Positions 45,442 to 56,430 are shown, counted from the stretch's first letter. The stretch is DNA of 64,000 bases from Clostridia bacterium (GCA_045637095.1 JAZTYX010000054.1:1373-65372), one strand, 5' to 3'. Made by a program: numbers and translations. Notes: generated from the sequence alone by a model not told the origin.

Positions 45442-45450
45442 TGGAGTGTA

Positions 45451-45480
45451 AGTGGATGAAAGTGGAGCGAAGTGGAGGAG
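45451..45480 (+). promoter_or_regulatory. Three direct AGTGGA repeats with 10-bp periodicity (MraZ-type operator)
   Basis: AGTGGATGAA / AGTGGAGCGA / AGTGGAGGAG lie between the -10 and the mraZ start. They match the GTGG-type direct-repeat MraZ binding sites described in other bacteria. Confidence 0.5.
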
Positions 45481-45490
45481 GTGTAAAACC

Positions 45491-45922
45491 TTGTTATTAG
45501 GTGAGTACAATCATACAATTGACGATAAATCAAGAGTTATAGTGCCAAGCAAGTTTAGAGACGACCTTGGTAGTACTTTCATAGTTACTAGAGGTTTTGA
45601 TAAATGCCTTTTCGCATTTTCTCTTGCAGAATGGCAAAACTTTGAAGCAGGACTTAGAGCTTTACCACTTTCAAATGAAAACGCTAGAAAATATGTTAGG
45701 TATTTTACAGCTGGTGCAACGGAGTGTCAAATAGATAAACAAGGAAGAGTGTTAATACCAAACAACCTTAGAGAATACGCAGGTCTTAAAAAAGAACTTG
45801 TAATTACAGGTGTATCTACTAGAGCAGAAATTTGGGACAAAGAAACTTGGGATAAGTATACAAGTGATGAGAACATAGACCTAGATGAAATTGCTAGTCA
45901 CATGTCAGAGTTTGGCATTTGA
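45491..45922 (+). CDS. mraZ: Transcriptional regulator MraZ
   Basis: TTG start 7 nt after GGAGGAGGTG. LLGEYNHTIDDKSRVIVPSKFRD is the canonical MraZ N-terminus, and there are two SpoVT/AbrB-like halves. The tracked ORF starts upstream but lacks an SD there. Confidence 0.85.
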   Translation: MLLGEYNHTIDDKSRVIVPSKFRDDLGSTFIVTRGFDKCLFAFSLAEWQNFEAGLRALPLSNENARKYVRYFTAGATECQIDKQGRVLIPNNLREYAGLKKELVITGVSTRAEIWDKETWDKYTSDENIDLDEIASHMSEFGI

Positions 45923-46135
45923 TATAGATAAACGAAAGAAAAAATATTTAATAAAACCTAATAAACTAAAGATAAAAGAATTAATAAACGAAAGAAATTA
46001 AAAAAACAAAAGATTTACAAATAACTTATTCATACTTATGATAAGATTTACATCATTTACAAAGGAAAAAACATTTAATAAACAAAAGATAAAAATTTTA
46101 AGATTTTAATTAGAGAATTACGGAGTAAGATAAAA

Positions 46136-47068
46136 GTGGAATTTAGTCATGTGTCAGTATTACTAGAAGAATGTATAGAATGTCTAAACGTAAAAAGGGG
46201 TGGAATATATGTTGATGGAACCCTTGGTGGCGGTGGGCATTCTTCGTATGTCTTAAAACTACTAGATAATACAGGAAGATTAATTGGAATAGATAGAGAT
46301 TCTGATGCACTAACACATACTAAAGAAAAACTTAAAGATTACACGAATGTAACTTATGTTAAAGATAAACATGAGAATATAAAACAAATATTAGAAGACT
46401 TAGAAGTACCTGGGGCAGATGGAATATTATTAGACCTGGGTGTTTCGTCGTATCAGTTAGATGAAGCGAGTCGTGGATTTAGTTATATGCACGATGCACC
46501 ATTAGATATGAGAATGAACAGAGATGATGAGTTTACTGCATATCATGTGGTTAACAAATACTCTGAAGAAAAACTTGCAGATATTTTCTTTTTATATGGA
46601 GAAGAAAAGTTCTCAAGACAAATAGCAAGAAAAATAGTAACAGTCCGTGAGTCTAAACCAATAGAAACAACTTTAGAACTTGTAGATATAATAAAATCTG
46701 CACTTCCAGCTAAAGCAAAGAACGAAAAACAACATCCTGCTAAAAGAGTTTTCCAAGCAATTCGTATAGAAGTAAATGGAGAACTTGTAGATTTAGAAAA
46801 TGCAGTATGTGATGCAATAAAATGCTTAGTACCAGGTGGAAGACTTGCAATAATAACATTCCATTCGCTAGAGGATAGAATAGTAAAAAGAGCATACGAG
46901 AAGATGGAAGGTAGATGTACTTGTCCGCCAGATTTTCCAAAATGTATATGCGGATATGTATCATATGGAAAGATACTTACAAAGAAACCTATAGTAGCAA
47001 CTGAACAAGAACTTGAGAATAATCCAAGATCTAGAAGTGCTAAACTTAGAGTTTTTGAAAGAAGATAA
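46136..47068 (+). CDS. rsmH: 16S rRNA (cytosine1402-N4)-methyltransferase RsmH
   Basis: The HVSVLL motif, SAM-binding DGTLGGGGHS, and a length of 310 aa. Confidence 0.92.
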   Translation: MEFSHVSVLLEECIECLNVKRGGIYVDGTLGGGGHSSYVLKLLDNTGRLIGIDRDSDALTHTKEKLKDYTNVTYVKDKHENIKQILEDLEVPGADGILLDLGVSSYQLDEASRGFSYMHDAPLDMRMNRDDEFTAYHVVNKYSEEKLADIFFLYGEEKFSRQIARKIVTVRESKPIETTLELVDIIKSALPAKAKNEKQHPAKRVFQAIRIEVNGELVDLENAVCDAIKCLVPGGRLAIITFHSLEDRIVKRAYEKMEGRCTCPPDFPKCICGYVSYGKILTKKPIVATEQELENNPRSRSAKLRVFERR

Positions 47069-47121
47069 AAATAATAAACAACTATTAAGTAATAAGATTA
47101 CAAATTAACTTAAGAAAAGAG

Positions 47122-47622
47122 GTGAAATTAGTGATAGCAAACAGAGCTTACGCATATGATTTAGAAGTAGAGAAACAAGAGGTAGAATATTTACCAAATA
47201 AAAGAGACTTCAGATTAATAAAAAACACAGTAAAAAAACTACAAACAGCGTCAAATATAAAAGCAAAGAAAAAATCAGAACTATCACTAGTTTTGTCGGT
47301 TGTAGCAATGTTTGCTATGTTCATCATCTTAAGTTATAGAACAAACATAATAAGTGAAAAGAATTTAGAATTGCAAAGACTTGCTATTAAAGCAGATAAT
47401 GCAAATGCAGTTCTTGCAACAACTGAAGTAAATGTAAGTAGGGTTATAGATAAAGACAAAGTTGAAACTTACGCAAAACAACAATTAGGAATGCAAAAAC
47501 CAGAAAAAAGTCAATTAGTATATATAAACTCTAATTATGAAACAAAAGTAGAAAGTGTAAATGAAGGAAATATAATTAGTAAAGTAGTAGATAAGCTAAA
47601 AGATATAATAGGTATTAAATAA
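47122..47622 (+). CDS. ftsL: Cell division protein FtsL-like (single TM, coiled coil)
   Basis: Its position between rsmH and the PBP gene, a single TM (LSLVLSVVAMFAMFIIL), and a following coiled segment. Confidence 0.65.
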   Translation: MKLVIANRAYAYDLEVEKQEVEYLPNKRDFRLIKNTVKKLQTASNIKAKKKSELSLVLSVVAMFAMFIILSYRTNIISEKNLELQRLAIKADNANAVLATTEVNVSRVIDKDKVETYAKQQLGMQKPEKSQLVYINSNYETKVESVNEGNIISKVVDKLKDIIGIK

Positions 47623-47688
47623 TCATAAGATAGCTAGTGTAATGTAACAGCTTACTTATGGTTATTTTTCTTTAAAAGGAGGTGTAGT

Positions 47689-49869
47689 ATGGCGTTTGCA
47701 AAGAAAGCACATAAAACAAGAGCAATGGGATTAATGGCAGTTGCGGTAATAGCATTTGTGCTATTAGCTATTAGAATGTTTTGGATACAAATTGTAAAAG
47801 GCGAGTATTATTCAGAAAAAGCATATTTACAACAAACAAAAGACAGAGCTATTTCTGCAAGCCGTGGAACAATTTATGATACGGCAGGAAATAAATTAGC
47901 GCTTAGTGTTTCTACAAATACGCTATCTATAGCACCAACAAATATAGAAACAGAAGATAAAGAGAAACTAGCTAAAGATTTAGGAGAAATTTTAGATATG
48001 TCTTGGGATACAATTTTATCTAAAATAAATAAAACAGTATCTTTAGTTACAATAGCTACAAATATAGATAAGGAAACAGCAGAAGAACTAACTAATTACG
48101 TGTATAAAAATGAGCTTAAAGGTGTGTATGTAGATGAATCAACTAGCAGAATATATCCTTACGGAGCAATGTTATCTCATGTATTAGGATTTACAGGAAC
48201 AGATGATCAAGGATTATATGGTCTAGAATCATATTATGAAGAAGAACTTGCTGGAGAAGATGGAAGAATCGTTGGTAGTATAGATGGTGGCGGAAATGAA
48301 ACTCCATTTGAAGAAGAAGAATATATAGCACCAACAAACGGAAGTGATATAACTTTAACAATAGATGCAACTATACAAGGTATAGTAGAAAAGAATCTAG
48401 AAAAAGCCGTAAAAGAAAACGTATCAGATAAAGGTGTATGTGTTGTAATGCGTCCGTCAACTGGAGAGGTTTTAGCAATGGCTACATATCCAGATTTTGA
48501 TCCGAATGATCCATTTACAATAAACGATGCTAGTTTAGCTGCTAAGTGGGATACGATGTCTTCAAAAGATAAAAATACAGCATTAAATAATATGTGGAGA
48601 AATACAGCTATATCTGATGCGTACGAACCAGGATCAACATTTAAGGTTGTAACTGCTTCAGCAGCATTAGAAGAAGATATTGTTTCTATAGATCAAGCAG
48701 GACTATTTAATTGTAATGGATATGTGAGCATATCTGGTTGGAAGATTAGATGTTGGAGATATCCAAGAAAACATGGTGCGCAAACATTAAGACAGGCGGT
48801 TATGAATTCTTGTAATCCAAGTTTTATGCAAGCTGGCCTTAAAATAGGAAAAGAAAAATATACAGAATATCTAAAAGCATATAATTTATATGATAGAACG
48901 GGAATAGATTTACCTGGTGAAACAACAGGTATAATACATGATCCTAAAACAATGACAGAACTTGACCTTGCAACAACATCGTTTGGTCAAACGATATCTG
49001 TAACAACACTTCAAACAGCAGTTATATATTCTGCAATAGCAAACGGTGGATATATTATGCAACCATATGTTGTAAAAGAGGTTCGTAGTGCAGATGGTAC
49101 ACTTATATCTGAAACTACACCTAAAATTAAGAAACAAGTAATATCTGAATCTACAGCAAATGATGTATTGTCTGCGTTATTTGATACAGTAGATAAAGGA
49201 ACAGGTAAGGCTGCTAAAGTAAGTGGATATACAGTTGCTGGTAAAACAGGAACGGCTGAAGAAGGAAGAGGTAAGGATCTTTGGTACATGGCATCATTTG
49301 CGGGTATTGCACCGGTAAATGATCCAGAAGTAGTAGTTATATTTAGTCTATATGATCCTAAAGGGCCAAGCGGACACCAAGGTGGAACAATTTGTGCTCC
49401 AGTTGTAGGAAATATTATAGATGAGACATTAAGATATTTAGATGTAAATCCAAGTTATGCAGTAGAAGAAACAGATACTAAAACGGTAGTAGTTCCAAAT
49501 GTAACTGGTAAAACATATAAGGAAGCAAAAGAAATAATAGAAAAAGCTGGTTTAACAATAGCATCAGATAACACAATAGCGTCAGATAAAATAATATTAG
49601 ATCAAATACCAAAAGCTGGTGCAAACCTTATAGAAGATGGAACGGTTAGAGTGTATAATTCTACAGATGCTAAGAAAGATACAACTACTGTACCAGATGT
49701 AAGAGGTTTAAGTGTTAAGAAGGCAATAACTAAATTAAATAAAGCAGGACTAAATATTAAAGTAGTAGGAAATGGTAATGCAATAATCCAAGACACAAGT
49801 CCGGGGGATGTTGTTACTAAAGGTTCAATAATTACGGTTAAGTTTGTGGATACAACAGACTTACACTAA
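47689..49869 (+). CDS. Class B penicillin-binding protein (FtsI/PBP2B/SpoVD-type) with two C-terminal PASTA domains
   Basis: N-terminal TM, dimerisation domain, transpeptidase motifs STFK (SxxK), SCN and KTGT, then two PASTA repeats. Confidence 0.9.
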   Translation: MAFAKKAHKTRAMGLMAVAVIAFVLLAIRMFWIQIVKGEYYSEKAYLQQTKDRAISASRGTIYDTAGNKLALSVSTNTLSIAPTNIETEDKEKLAKDLGEILDMSWDTILSKINKTVSLVTIATNIDKETAEELTNYVYKNELKGVYVDESTSRIYPYGAMLSHVLGFTGTDDQGLYGLESYYEEELAGEDGRIVGSIDGGGNETPFEEEEYIAPTNGSDITLTIDATIQGIVEKNLEKAVKENVSDKGVCVVMRPSTGEVLAMATYPDFDPNDPFTINDASLAAKWDTMSSKDKNTALNNMWRNTAISDAYEPGSTFKVVTASAALEEDIVSIDQAGLFNCNGYVSISGWKIRCWRYPRKHGAQTLRQAVMNSCNPSFMQAGLKIGKEKYTEYLKAYNLYDRTGIDLPGETTGIIHDPKTMTELDLATTSFGQTISVTTLQTAVIYSAIANGGYIMQPYVVKEVRSADGTLISETTPKIKKQVISESTANDVLSALFDTVDKGTGKAAKVSGYTVAGKTGTAEEGRGKDLWYMASFAGIAPVNDPEVVVIFSLYDPKGPSGHQGGTICAPVVGNIIDETLRYLDVNPSYAVEETDTKTVVVPNVTGKTYKEAKEIIEKAGLTIASDNTIASDKIILDQIPKAGANLIEDGTVRVYNSTDAKKDTTTVPDVRGLSVKKAITKLNKAGLNIKVVGNGNAIIQDTSPGDVVTKGSIITVKFVDTTDLH

Positions 49870-49947
49870 AAGCATATTATTTATATAATATGACTTAAAA
49901 TTTGTATGAGAGTGTGGTATAATTACTACGTATTTGGAGGGATAACA

Positions 49948-51420
49948 ATGTTATTACAATATCTAGTAGAAGAATTAGATAAAAAAACTAATGGAGATTT
50001 AAACATTAATATAAATAAAATAGAATATAGTTCAGAAAAAGTAGGATTAGGCGACTTGTTTGTAGCCATAAAAGGATTAAAGCAAGATGGTCATGATTAT
50101 ATAGTAGATGCAGTAGCTAACGGTGCTGTAGCAGTTATAGTAGAAGAAGCATATTTAGATAAAGTGAATGTACCAGTACCAGTTATAGCTGTTCCTAATT
50201 CAAGAATAGCTTTAGCAGAAGTTGCAGCAAAGTTTTATGATTATCCAGCATCTAAACTAAAAGTTATAGGAATAACAGGAACAAAAGGTAAAACAACAAC
50301 TGCATATATGGTAAGAGATATTATGCTAGCAGCTAAAAAGAAAATTGGTATGATAGGCACAATATACAATACTTATGCAGATAAAGTAATAGAAGCAGTA
50401 AGAACAACACCAGAATCTTTAGATATACAAAAGTTATTAAAAGATATGGTAGATAGCGGCATGGAATATGTTGTTATGGAGGTATCTTCACACGCTCTAG
50501 AACTTCATAGAGTACACGGTATTAAATTTGAAATAGGAATATTTACAAATCTAGGACGTGAACATTTAGATTTTCATGGTGATATGGATAATTATCTTAA
50601 AGCTAAGGCAAAGCTTTTTGAACAAAGTATATTTGGAATAATTAATGTAGACGATATCTATGCTCCAAAGTTGCTTAAATATGTAAATTGCAAATATGCA
50701 AAATATGGTTTAGATAATGAAGCAAATGTATCTGCTACAGATATTAGAATAAACAACAATTATGTAGATTTCAAAATGTATATAAACAAACAATTACAAA
50801 CAATTACTGTTCCAATACCAGGAAAATATACAGTATACAATGCAGTAGCAGCAGTAGCAGCTTGTAGCATGTTAGGTGCTCAAATGCAAGATGTACTTGT
50901 AGGACTTTCTACAGTTAAAGTTCCAGGTAGAAGCGAAACAGTAGATATAAATAAAACATTTGCTGTTTTAATAGATTATGCACACAATCCATCAAGTTTA
51001 GAAGCAATACTTGTAAATACTAAAAAGTATATTAAAGGTAGAGTAATACTTGTATTTGGATGCGGCGGAAACAGAGATAAAGAAAAAAGAAAAGAGATGG
51101 GAAAACTTGCAGGAACATATGCAGATTTCACTATCATAACAACAGATAATCCAAGAGACGAAAAGCCAGAAACTATAGCAAAAGAAATAGAAGCTGGACT
51201 TAAAGAAACAAGAGGATTATCTAAAGTAATAATAAACAGAAAAGATGCCATTGAATTTGCAATGAGAATTGCATGGGCAAATGATACAGTAATTCTTGCT
51301 GGTAAAGGTCATGAAACATATCAAGAACTTGCAAACGGTAAGAAGATACATTTTGACGAAAGAGAAATCGTTAAAAAGGCAGCAGAAAAAATGCCTGGTA
51401 AAAACGAAGTAAAATATTAA
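49948..51420 (+). CDS. murE: UDP-N-acetylmuramoyl-L-alanyl-D-glutamate--2,6-diaminopimelate ligase
   Basis: Has GITGTKGKTTT and a Mur-ligase C-terminal domain. Preceded by its own extended -10 TGTGGTATAAT. Start chosen at MLLQY after SD GGAGGG. Confidence 0.9.
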   Translation: MLLQYLVEELDKKTNGDLNININKIEYSSEKVGLGDLFVAIKGLKQDGHDYIVDAVANGAVAVIVEEAYLDKVNVPVPVIAVPNSRIALAEVAAKFYDYPASKLKVIGITGTKGKTTTAYMVRDIMLAAKKKIGMIGTIYNTYADKVIEAVRTTPESLDIQKLLKDMVDSGMEYVVMEVSSHALELHRVHGIKFEIGIFTNLGREHLDFHGDMDNYLKAKAKLFEQSIFGIINVDDIYAPKLLKYVNCKYAKYGLDNEANVSATDIRINNNYVDFKMYINKQLQTITVPIPGKYTVYNAVAAVAACSMLGAQMQDVLVGLSTVKVPGRSETVDINKTFAVLIDYAHNPSSLEAILVNTKKYIKGRVILVFGCGGNRDKEKRKEMGKLAGTYADFTIITTDNPRDEKPETIAKEIEAGLKETRGLSKVIINRKDAIEFAMRIAWANDTVILAGKGHETYQELANGKKIHFDEREIVKKAAEKMPGKNEVKY

Positions 51421-51442
51421 TAAGACATTTGGAGGATAAAAC

Positions 51443-52393
51443 ATGAATATACCATTAACTTTACTTTTATCAGGAGGAATTTCATTTGTAGTGACAGTTG
51501 TCTTAAGTTTAATAATAATACCATACTTAAGAAAACTTAAAATAGGGCAAGTGGTTCGTACTGATGGCCCAGAAGAACATTTGAAAAAATCTGGAACACC
51601 TACAATGGGTGGAATAATGATGCTAATTGCAATGATAGGAATTCTTGTAGTATTTGCATTTAAATATCCTGTATTAATATTACCGATAACGTTAATATTA
51701 GGCTACGGAATAGTTGGTTTTATAGATGATAGAAAAAAATTAGTAGAAAAAAGTAGCGATGGAATAAGCGCTAAAATGAAGATGATACTTCTATTTGTAT
51801 TCTCGGTAGCATTTCTTGTATTATACATGGTATTCTTAGACTGGGGTACAGGAACAAACATACCATTTCTAGACTTTGCTGGAGTGTTTGTTGTGTTTAC
51901 AATGCTTGTAATGCTTGGAACAAGTAATGCAATAAACTTGACTGATGGCCTAGATGGTTTAGCATCAGGTGTAAGTGCAATAATAATGACATTCTTTACG
52001 GCAGTAGCTATGAAAAGAGGAGACATGGCAATGGTTGTGCTTGGAGCTACAACTGTAGGAGCAACACTTGGATTTTTAATATTTAACGTAAAACCAGCAA
52101 AGGTGTTTATGGGAGACACAGGTTCTCTTGCATTAGGTGCAGCAATAGCAGCAATAGCAATACTTATGAAAATGCCAATGTATCTATTAATAGTTGCATT
52201 AATACCAGTAGTAGAAACATTATCTTCAGCACTTCAAGTTATCTACTTTAAAGCTACGAAAGGTAAAAGATTATTTAAGATGGCTCCGCTACATCATCAT
52301 TTAGAATTAAGCGGATTAAAAGAAACAACAATAGTAATCTTATTCTGGGGGATAACAGCAGTGTTATCTTTGATAGGATTTATATTAGTATAG
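51443..52393 (+). CDS. mraY: Phospho-N-acetylmuramoyl-pentapeptide transferase
   Basis: Ten TM helices, the MraY motifs (DDxxKL..., GDTGSLALG) and HHHLEL. Confidence 0.95.
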   Translation: MNIPLTLLLSGGISFVVTVVLSLIIIPYLRKLKIGQVVRTDGPEEHLKKSGTPTMGGIMMLIAMIGILVVFAFKYPVLILPITLILGYGIVGFIDDRKKLVEKSSDGISAKMKMILLFVFSVAFLVLYMVFLDWGTGTNIPFLDFAGVFVVFTMLVMLGTSNAINLTDGLDGLASGVSAIIMTFFTAVAMKRGDMAMVVLGATTVGATLGFLIFNVKPAKVFMGDTGSLALGAAIAAIAILMKMPMYLLIVALIPVVETLSSALQVIYFKATKGKRLFKMAPLHHHLELSGLKETTIVILFWGITAVLSLIGFILV

Positions 52394-52415
52394 AATAGAA
52401 AATAGGAGGAAGAGC

Positions 52416-53540
52416 ATGGCTAAAATTGTAGAGAAATTAAAAGCACTTAAAGACTGGAAATTAGTAGATTTCCCGTTCCTTTTCACGCTTTTAGTTCTTC
52501 TTGCAATTGGCCTTATTGCTCTTTCTTCTGCTAGTTCATACTATGCTTTAACAGAAACAGGAGATAGCATGTATTACCTAAAAAGACAACTTGGATTTGC
52601 TTCTTTTGGTTTGGTTGTTATGGCATTTGTAATGACTTGGGAAAAGAAAAACTATAAAAGGTTTAGTTACCTTGCTTTTATAATTGCAGGGATATTTATG
52701 GTACTTGTAGAAGTGCCTGGACTAGGTGTTACCGTAAAGGGAGCAAAACGTTGGCTAAATTTAGGATTTACATTCCAACCGTCTGAAGTGTTAAAGTTAG
52801 GACTAATAATGGCCTTAGCTAGATATATTTCAGAAAACCAAAAGAAAATGAAAAGTGTTAAGGGATATTTAGCACCTTTGGGAATGTTGGTTGGTGCAAT
52901 AGTATTTACATATTTACAATCACACATGAGTGCCATGATTGTTATGTGTGTAATATTTGGAATAATGATGCTATGTAGTGGGCTTAAGATAAATTGGAAA
53001 ATTGTTGGTCCGTTGCTTGTGATAGGTATAATTGGAGTAGGCGCCTTCTTCTTAGCAGAGGACTATAGAAGAGAAAGAATATTCTCTTACCTAAATCCAG
53101 ATGTGGATATAACAGGTAGTAACTGGCAACCTACACAAAGTCTTTACGCAATAGGTTCTGGTGGACTTTTTGGTAAAGGGTTAGGTCAAAGCAGACAAAA
53201 ATATCTATGGCTTCCTGAAGCACAAAACGACTTTGTATTTTCTGTGTATGCAGAAGAATTTGGTTTTGTAGGATCACTTGTAGTAATTATACTTTTTATA
53301 ACATTAATATATAGAGGTGTGTCAATAGGATTAAATTCTAAAGATATGTATGGAATGCTTGTGACACTCGGTATAATTGGAATGTTTGCATTCCAGATAA
53401 TAATAAATATAGCGGTTGTAACAAAAACAATGCCAACAACAGGTATGCCGCTTCCATTCTTTAGTTCGGGTGGTACATCACTTGTAATAAATTTAATAGC
53501 AATGGGAATAGTACTTGGAATATCTAAGGAAAATAAATAA
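52416..53540 (+). CDS. ftsW: SEDS-family peptidoglycan polymerase FtsW/SpoVE
   Basis: About 10 TM helices and a SEDS signature region (...PTTGMPLPFFSSGGTSL...). Confidence 0.9.
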   Translation: MAKIVEKLKALKDWKLVDFPFLFTLLVLLAIGLIALSSASSYYALTETGDSMYYLKRQLGFASFGLVVMAFVMTWEKKNYKRFSYLAFIIAGIFMVLVEVPGLGVTVKGAKRWLNLGFTFQPSEVLKLGLIMALARYISENQKKMKSVKGYLAPLGMLVGAIVFTYLQSHMSAMIVMCVIFGIMMLCSGLKINWKIVGPLLVIGIIGVGAFFLAEDYRRERIFSYLNPDVDITGSNWQPTQSLYAIGSGGLFGKGLGQSRQKYLWLPEAQNDFVFSVYAEEFGFVGSLVVIILFITLIYRGVSIGLNSKDMYGMLVTLGIIGMFAFQIIINIAVVTKTMPTTGMPLPFFSSGGTSLVINLIAMGIVLGISKENK

Positions 53541-53554
53541 GGTTAGGTGAAAAA

Positions 53555-54667
53555 ATGAGAGCAATAATAGCATGCGCTGGTAGTGGTGGGCACATTAATC
53601 CAGGAATAGCAATAGCAAATGAAATACTAAAGAGAGAACCAGATAGTAAAATAATATTTGTTGGTACTAAAACAGGTATGGAAAATGATTTGGTAAAAAA
53701 AGCTGGTTATGAACTTGCGCATATACGTGCTGGAAGATTCCATAGAAGACTTACTTGGTATAATATAAGAAATATGGCAAATGCTTTCTTAGGAATATTT
53801 GATGCGGAAAAACTTGTTAAGAAATTTAAACCAGATATAGTTATAGGTACAGGTGGGTTTATATGTGTCCCAATGATGAAAGCTGCAAAGAAAAAACATA
53901 TACCATATGTATTACATGAAAGTAATGCATTCCCTGGTCTATCTGTGAAGTTAGTTGCAAAAGATGCAGCGAAGATATTACTTGGTTTTGAAGATACTAA
54001 ACAAAGATTAGATAATAAAGTAAATTCTGTATATACAGGCACACCTGCTAAATTTGATATGAATCATATGATGGCTTTAGACAAAGAAGCATGTAAAAAA
54101 GAATTAGGATTAGATAAAGAAACTATAGGAGATAGAAAAGTAATATTTGTAACAGGTGGAAGCCAAGGAGCAAAGAGATTTAACGAAGTAATTATTAATA
54201 TGGTAAGAGAATATAAACCGAAAGATTTGTATTTTGTAATTGCTGTAGGTAAAGATAATTATGAATTAGCACAAAGTATGTTAAAAGAAGAAGATAGTGA
54301 GTATATAAAAATAGAGAAGTTTATATACGAAATGGATAAGATGTATAAAGCATCAGATCTTTTAATTACTCGTGCGGGAGCATTAACAATAACTGAACTT
54401 AGTATAGTAAGAAGACCTGCAATACTTGTTCCGCTTCCAACAGCAGCAGAGAATCATCAATTCTTTAACGCTAAGGCAATGGAAAATGCCGGTGCAGGTA
54501 TATTAATAGAAGAGAATGTATTGAATGAAACCGTTTTATATGATAAAATAAAAGATATAATAAATGACAACAAAATACTTGAAACTATGGGTGAAAATGC
54601 AGCTAAATTGTATAAACCAGATGTTGAAGGTAAAATTTATGAAGAAATAAAAGAAATTGTTGGCTAG
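53555..54667 (+). CDS. murG: UDP-N-acetylglucosamine--N-acetylmuramyl-(pentapeptide) pyrophosphoryl-undecaprenol GlcNAc transferase
   Basis: GT28 family: N-terminal GSGGHINPG and C-terminal GALTITELS..P.ILVPLP. Confidence 0.92.
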   Translation: MRAIIACAGSGGHINPGIAIANEILKREPDSKIIFVGTKTGMENDLVKKAGYELAHIRAGRFHRRLTWYNIRNMANAFLGIFDAEKLVKKFKPDIVIGTGGFICVPMMKAAKKKHIPYVLHESNAFPGLSVKLVAKDAAKILLGFEDTKQRLDNKVNSVYTGTPAKFDMNHMMALDKEACKKELGLDKETIGDRKVIFVTGGSQGAKRFNEVIINMVREYKPKDLYFVIAVGKDNYELAQSMLKEEDSEYIKIEKFIYEMDKMYKASDLLITRAGALTITELSIVRRPAILVPLPTAAENHQFFNAKAMENAGAGILIEENVLNETVLYDKIKDIINDNKILETMGENAAKLYKPDVEGKIYEEIKEIVG

Positions 54668-54675
54668 GAGAAAAC

Positions 54676-55503
54676 GTGAGAAAAGAAGAAAGTAGAACGG
54701 AATCAGTTGAAAAAAATAAAAAAGTAAATAAAACCGTTTCTAAAAAGAACAAAGGAAAGCTTAAGAGAAAAATATTAAGAGGACTAGTTTATCTAGTGCT
54801 TATAGTATTTGCGCTTTCTTTGTTCTTTTTATTGGGATTTGGTGTATACAAGCTATATACCGCAAGTAGATTCAATATAGGTGCGGTTAATGTAGAAGGC
54901 AATGTTAAGTATACTGTAGAAGAAATTAAAGAGTTAGCAAACATTCAGATAGGTACAAACATTAACAAACTTAAAGCAGGCAAAACAGAAAAGATAATAG
55001 AAGAATTGCCTTATGTAAGAGATGCCAAGGTAGTGCGTAAGTATCCAGAAACTGTAATAATAAAAGTTGAAGAGTATGTTTCTAGTTTTGTTGCACTTAA
55101 TAAAGAAACAAACGAATATATTAGACTTACAGATAAAGGTGTAATATTAGAAAAATGTAATTTAGAGGATGTTACAGAAACAGAATTGTTATTATTCGGA
55201 ATACATTTTGACGATAACCTAGGAGAAAAAATAGTTGAACTAGAACAAAAGAAACTACAAACACTTATAGATATGATGGAGAAATATTCTAAAGAAAATA
55301 TATCTAAAAAAATAACAAGTGTAGAGTTTAATGAAGGAGATATTATTTTAACACTAGATTATGATATAGATGTAATAATGGATACAACTGAGATAGAGTA
55401 CAAGCTTAATCTTTTAACAAGCATATTAGATGAAATAAATGGTAAAGTTGGAACTATAGATATGACAATAGAAAATCCAATATTTGCTGAAAGCATAAAA
55501 TAG
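54676..55503 (+). CDS. divIB: Cell division protein DivIB/FtsQ (POTRA domain)
   Basis: GTG start after AGGAGAAAAC. Basic N-terminus, one TM, then a POTRA-like segment (VEGNVKYTVEEIKELANIQIGTNI). Confidence 0.8.
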   Translation: MRKEESRTESVEKNKKVNKTVSKKNKGKLKRKILRGLVYLVLIVFALSLFFLLGFGVYKLYTASRFNIGAVNVEGNVKYTVEEIKELANIQIGTNINKLKAGKTEKIIEELPYVRDAKVVRKYPETVIIKVEEYVSSFVALNKETNEYIRLTDKGVILEKCNLEDVTETELLLFGIHFDDNLGEKIVELEQKKLQTLIDMMEKYSKENISKKITSVEFNEGDIILTLDYDIDVIMDTTEIEYKLNLLTSILDEINGKVGTIDMTIENPIFAESIK

Positions 55504-55512
55504 AAGGAAGAA

Positions 55513-56421
55513 ATGGAGAAAAAACAAACAAGACCTGTAGTTAAAGAAAAGAAAGTAACTATAGACATAACAAAAAAAGAGCCAATAGATAAGGTCAAGA
55601 AAATAGCCAAAGAAAATTCTACAGTTGTTATGGGGAAGGTTGCAGAAAGTTCTAAAGAACAAGGTACAAAAAACATAAAAGCAGCAAAAATAGAAAGAAC
55701 AAGAGAATTAATAAAAAAATACAATGTTACTTCAGTTGTTATGATTTCTTTAGTATTATTCATTTGTTCCTTCATAATAGCAGCGCAACTTAATACTGTT
55801 GGAAATACAGATATAGTAACACAAGGCATGAGAGAAGCGGAACTTTTAACAGAACTTCAAAAAGCAAACAATAAATATGAAGAACTAAAAGAAGAATATG
55901 AAAAAAGTCAAATAATAGTTGATGAGTATAGAGAAGATGCTTCAAGTAACGACCTTTTAATATCTTCGATGACAACATTGCTTGAAAGAGCAGAAATATT
56001 AGCTGGTCTTGTAAAAGTAAAAGGCCAAGGCGTAGTAATAACGCTTGCAGACAGTACAGATACAAACATACCAGTTGAAGCTGGACTTGTTCATGATACT
56101 GACCTTATGGCAATAGTTAATGAATTAAGAGCAGCAGGTGCAGAAGCAATAAGTGTTAATGGACAAAGAATTATTTCTACAACCGCAATAAGATGTGTAG
56201 GTCCAACAATACAAATTAACGAAGTTAAAGTTGCATCACCATTCCATATTAAAGCAATTGGAGATGCGAAATACTTAGAAAGTGCACTTAATATTAAAAA
56301 TGGCATAGTAGATAATTTCAAAGTATATGGAATTAATGTTGAAGTAAAAACAGACAATAATATAACAATAGATAAATATGATAACACATTAACATTAAAA
56401 TATGCTAGTGAAGTAAAATAG
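55513..56421 (+). CDS. DUF881 family protein (YlxW/YlxX-like)
   Basis: A single TM and a C-terminal DUF881 pattern (LVKVKGQGVVITLADST...AIVNELRAAGAEAISVNGQRI). Confidence 0.75.
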   Translation: MEKKQTRPVVKEKKVTIDITKKEPIDKVKKIAKENSTVVMGKVAESSKEQGTKNIKAAKIERTRELIKKYNVTSVVMISLVLFICSFIIAAQLNTVGNTDIVTQGMREAELLTELQKANNKYEELKEEYEKSQIIVDEYREDASSNDLLISSMTTLLERAEILAGLVKVKGQGVVITLADSTDTNIPVEAGLVHDTDLMAIVNELRAAGAEAISVNGQRIISTTAIRCVGPTIQINEVKVASPFHIKAIGDAKYLESALNIKNGIVDNFKVYGINVEVKTDNNITIDKYDNTLTLKYASEVK

Positions 56422-56430
56422 GAGGTAGAG

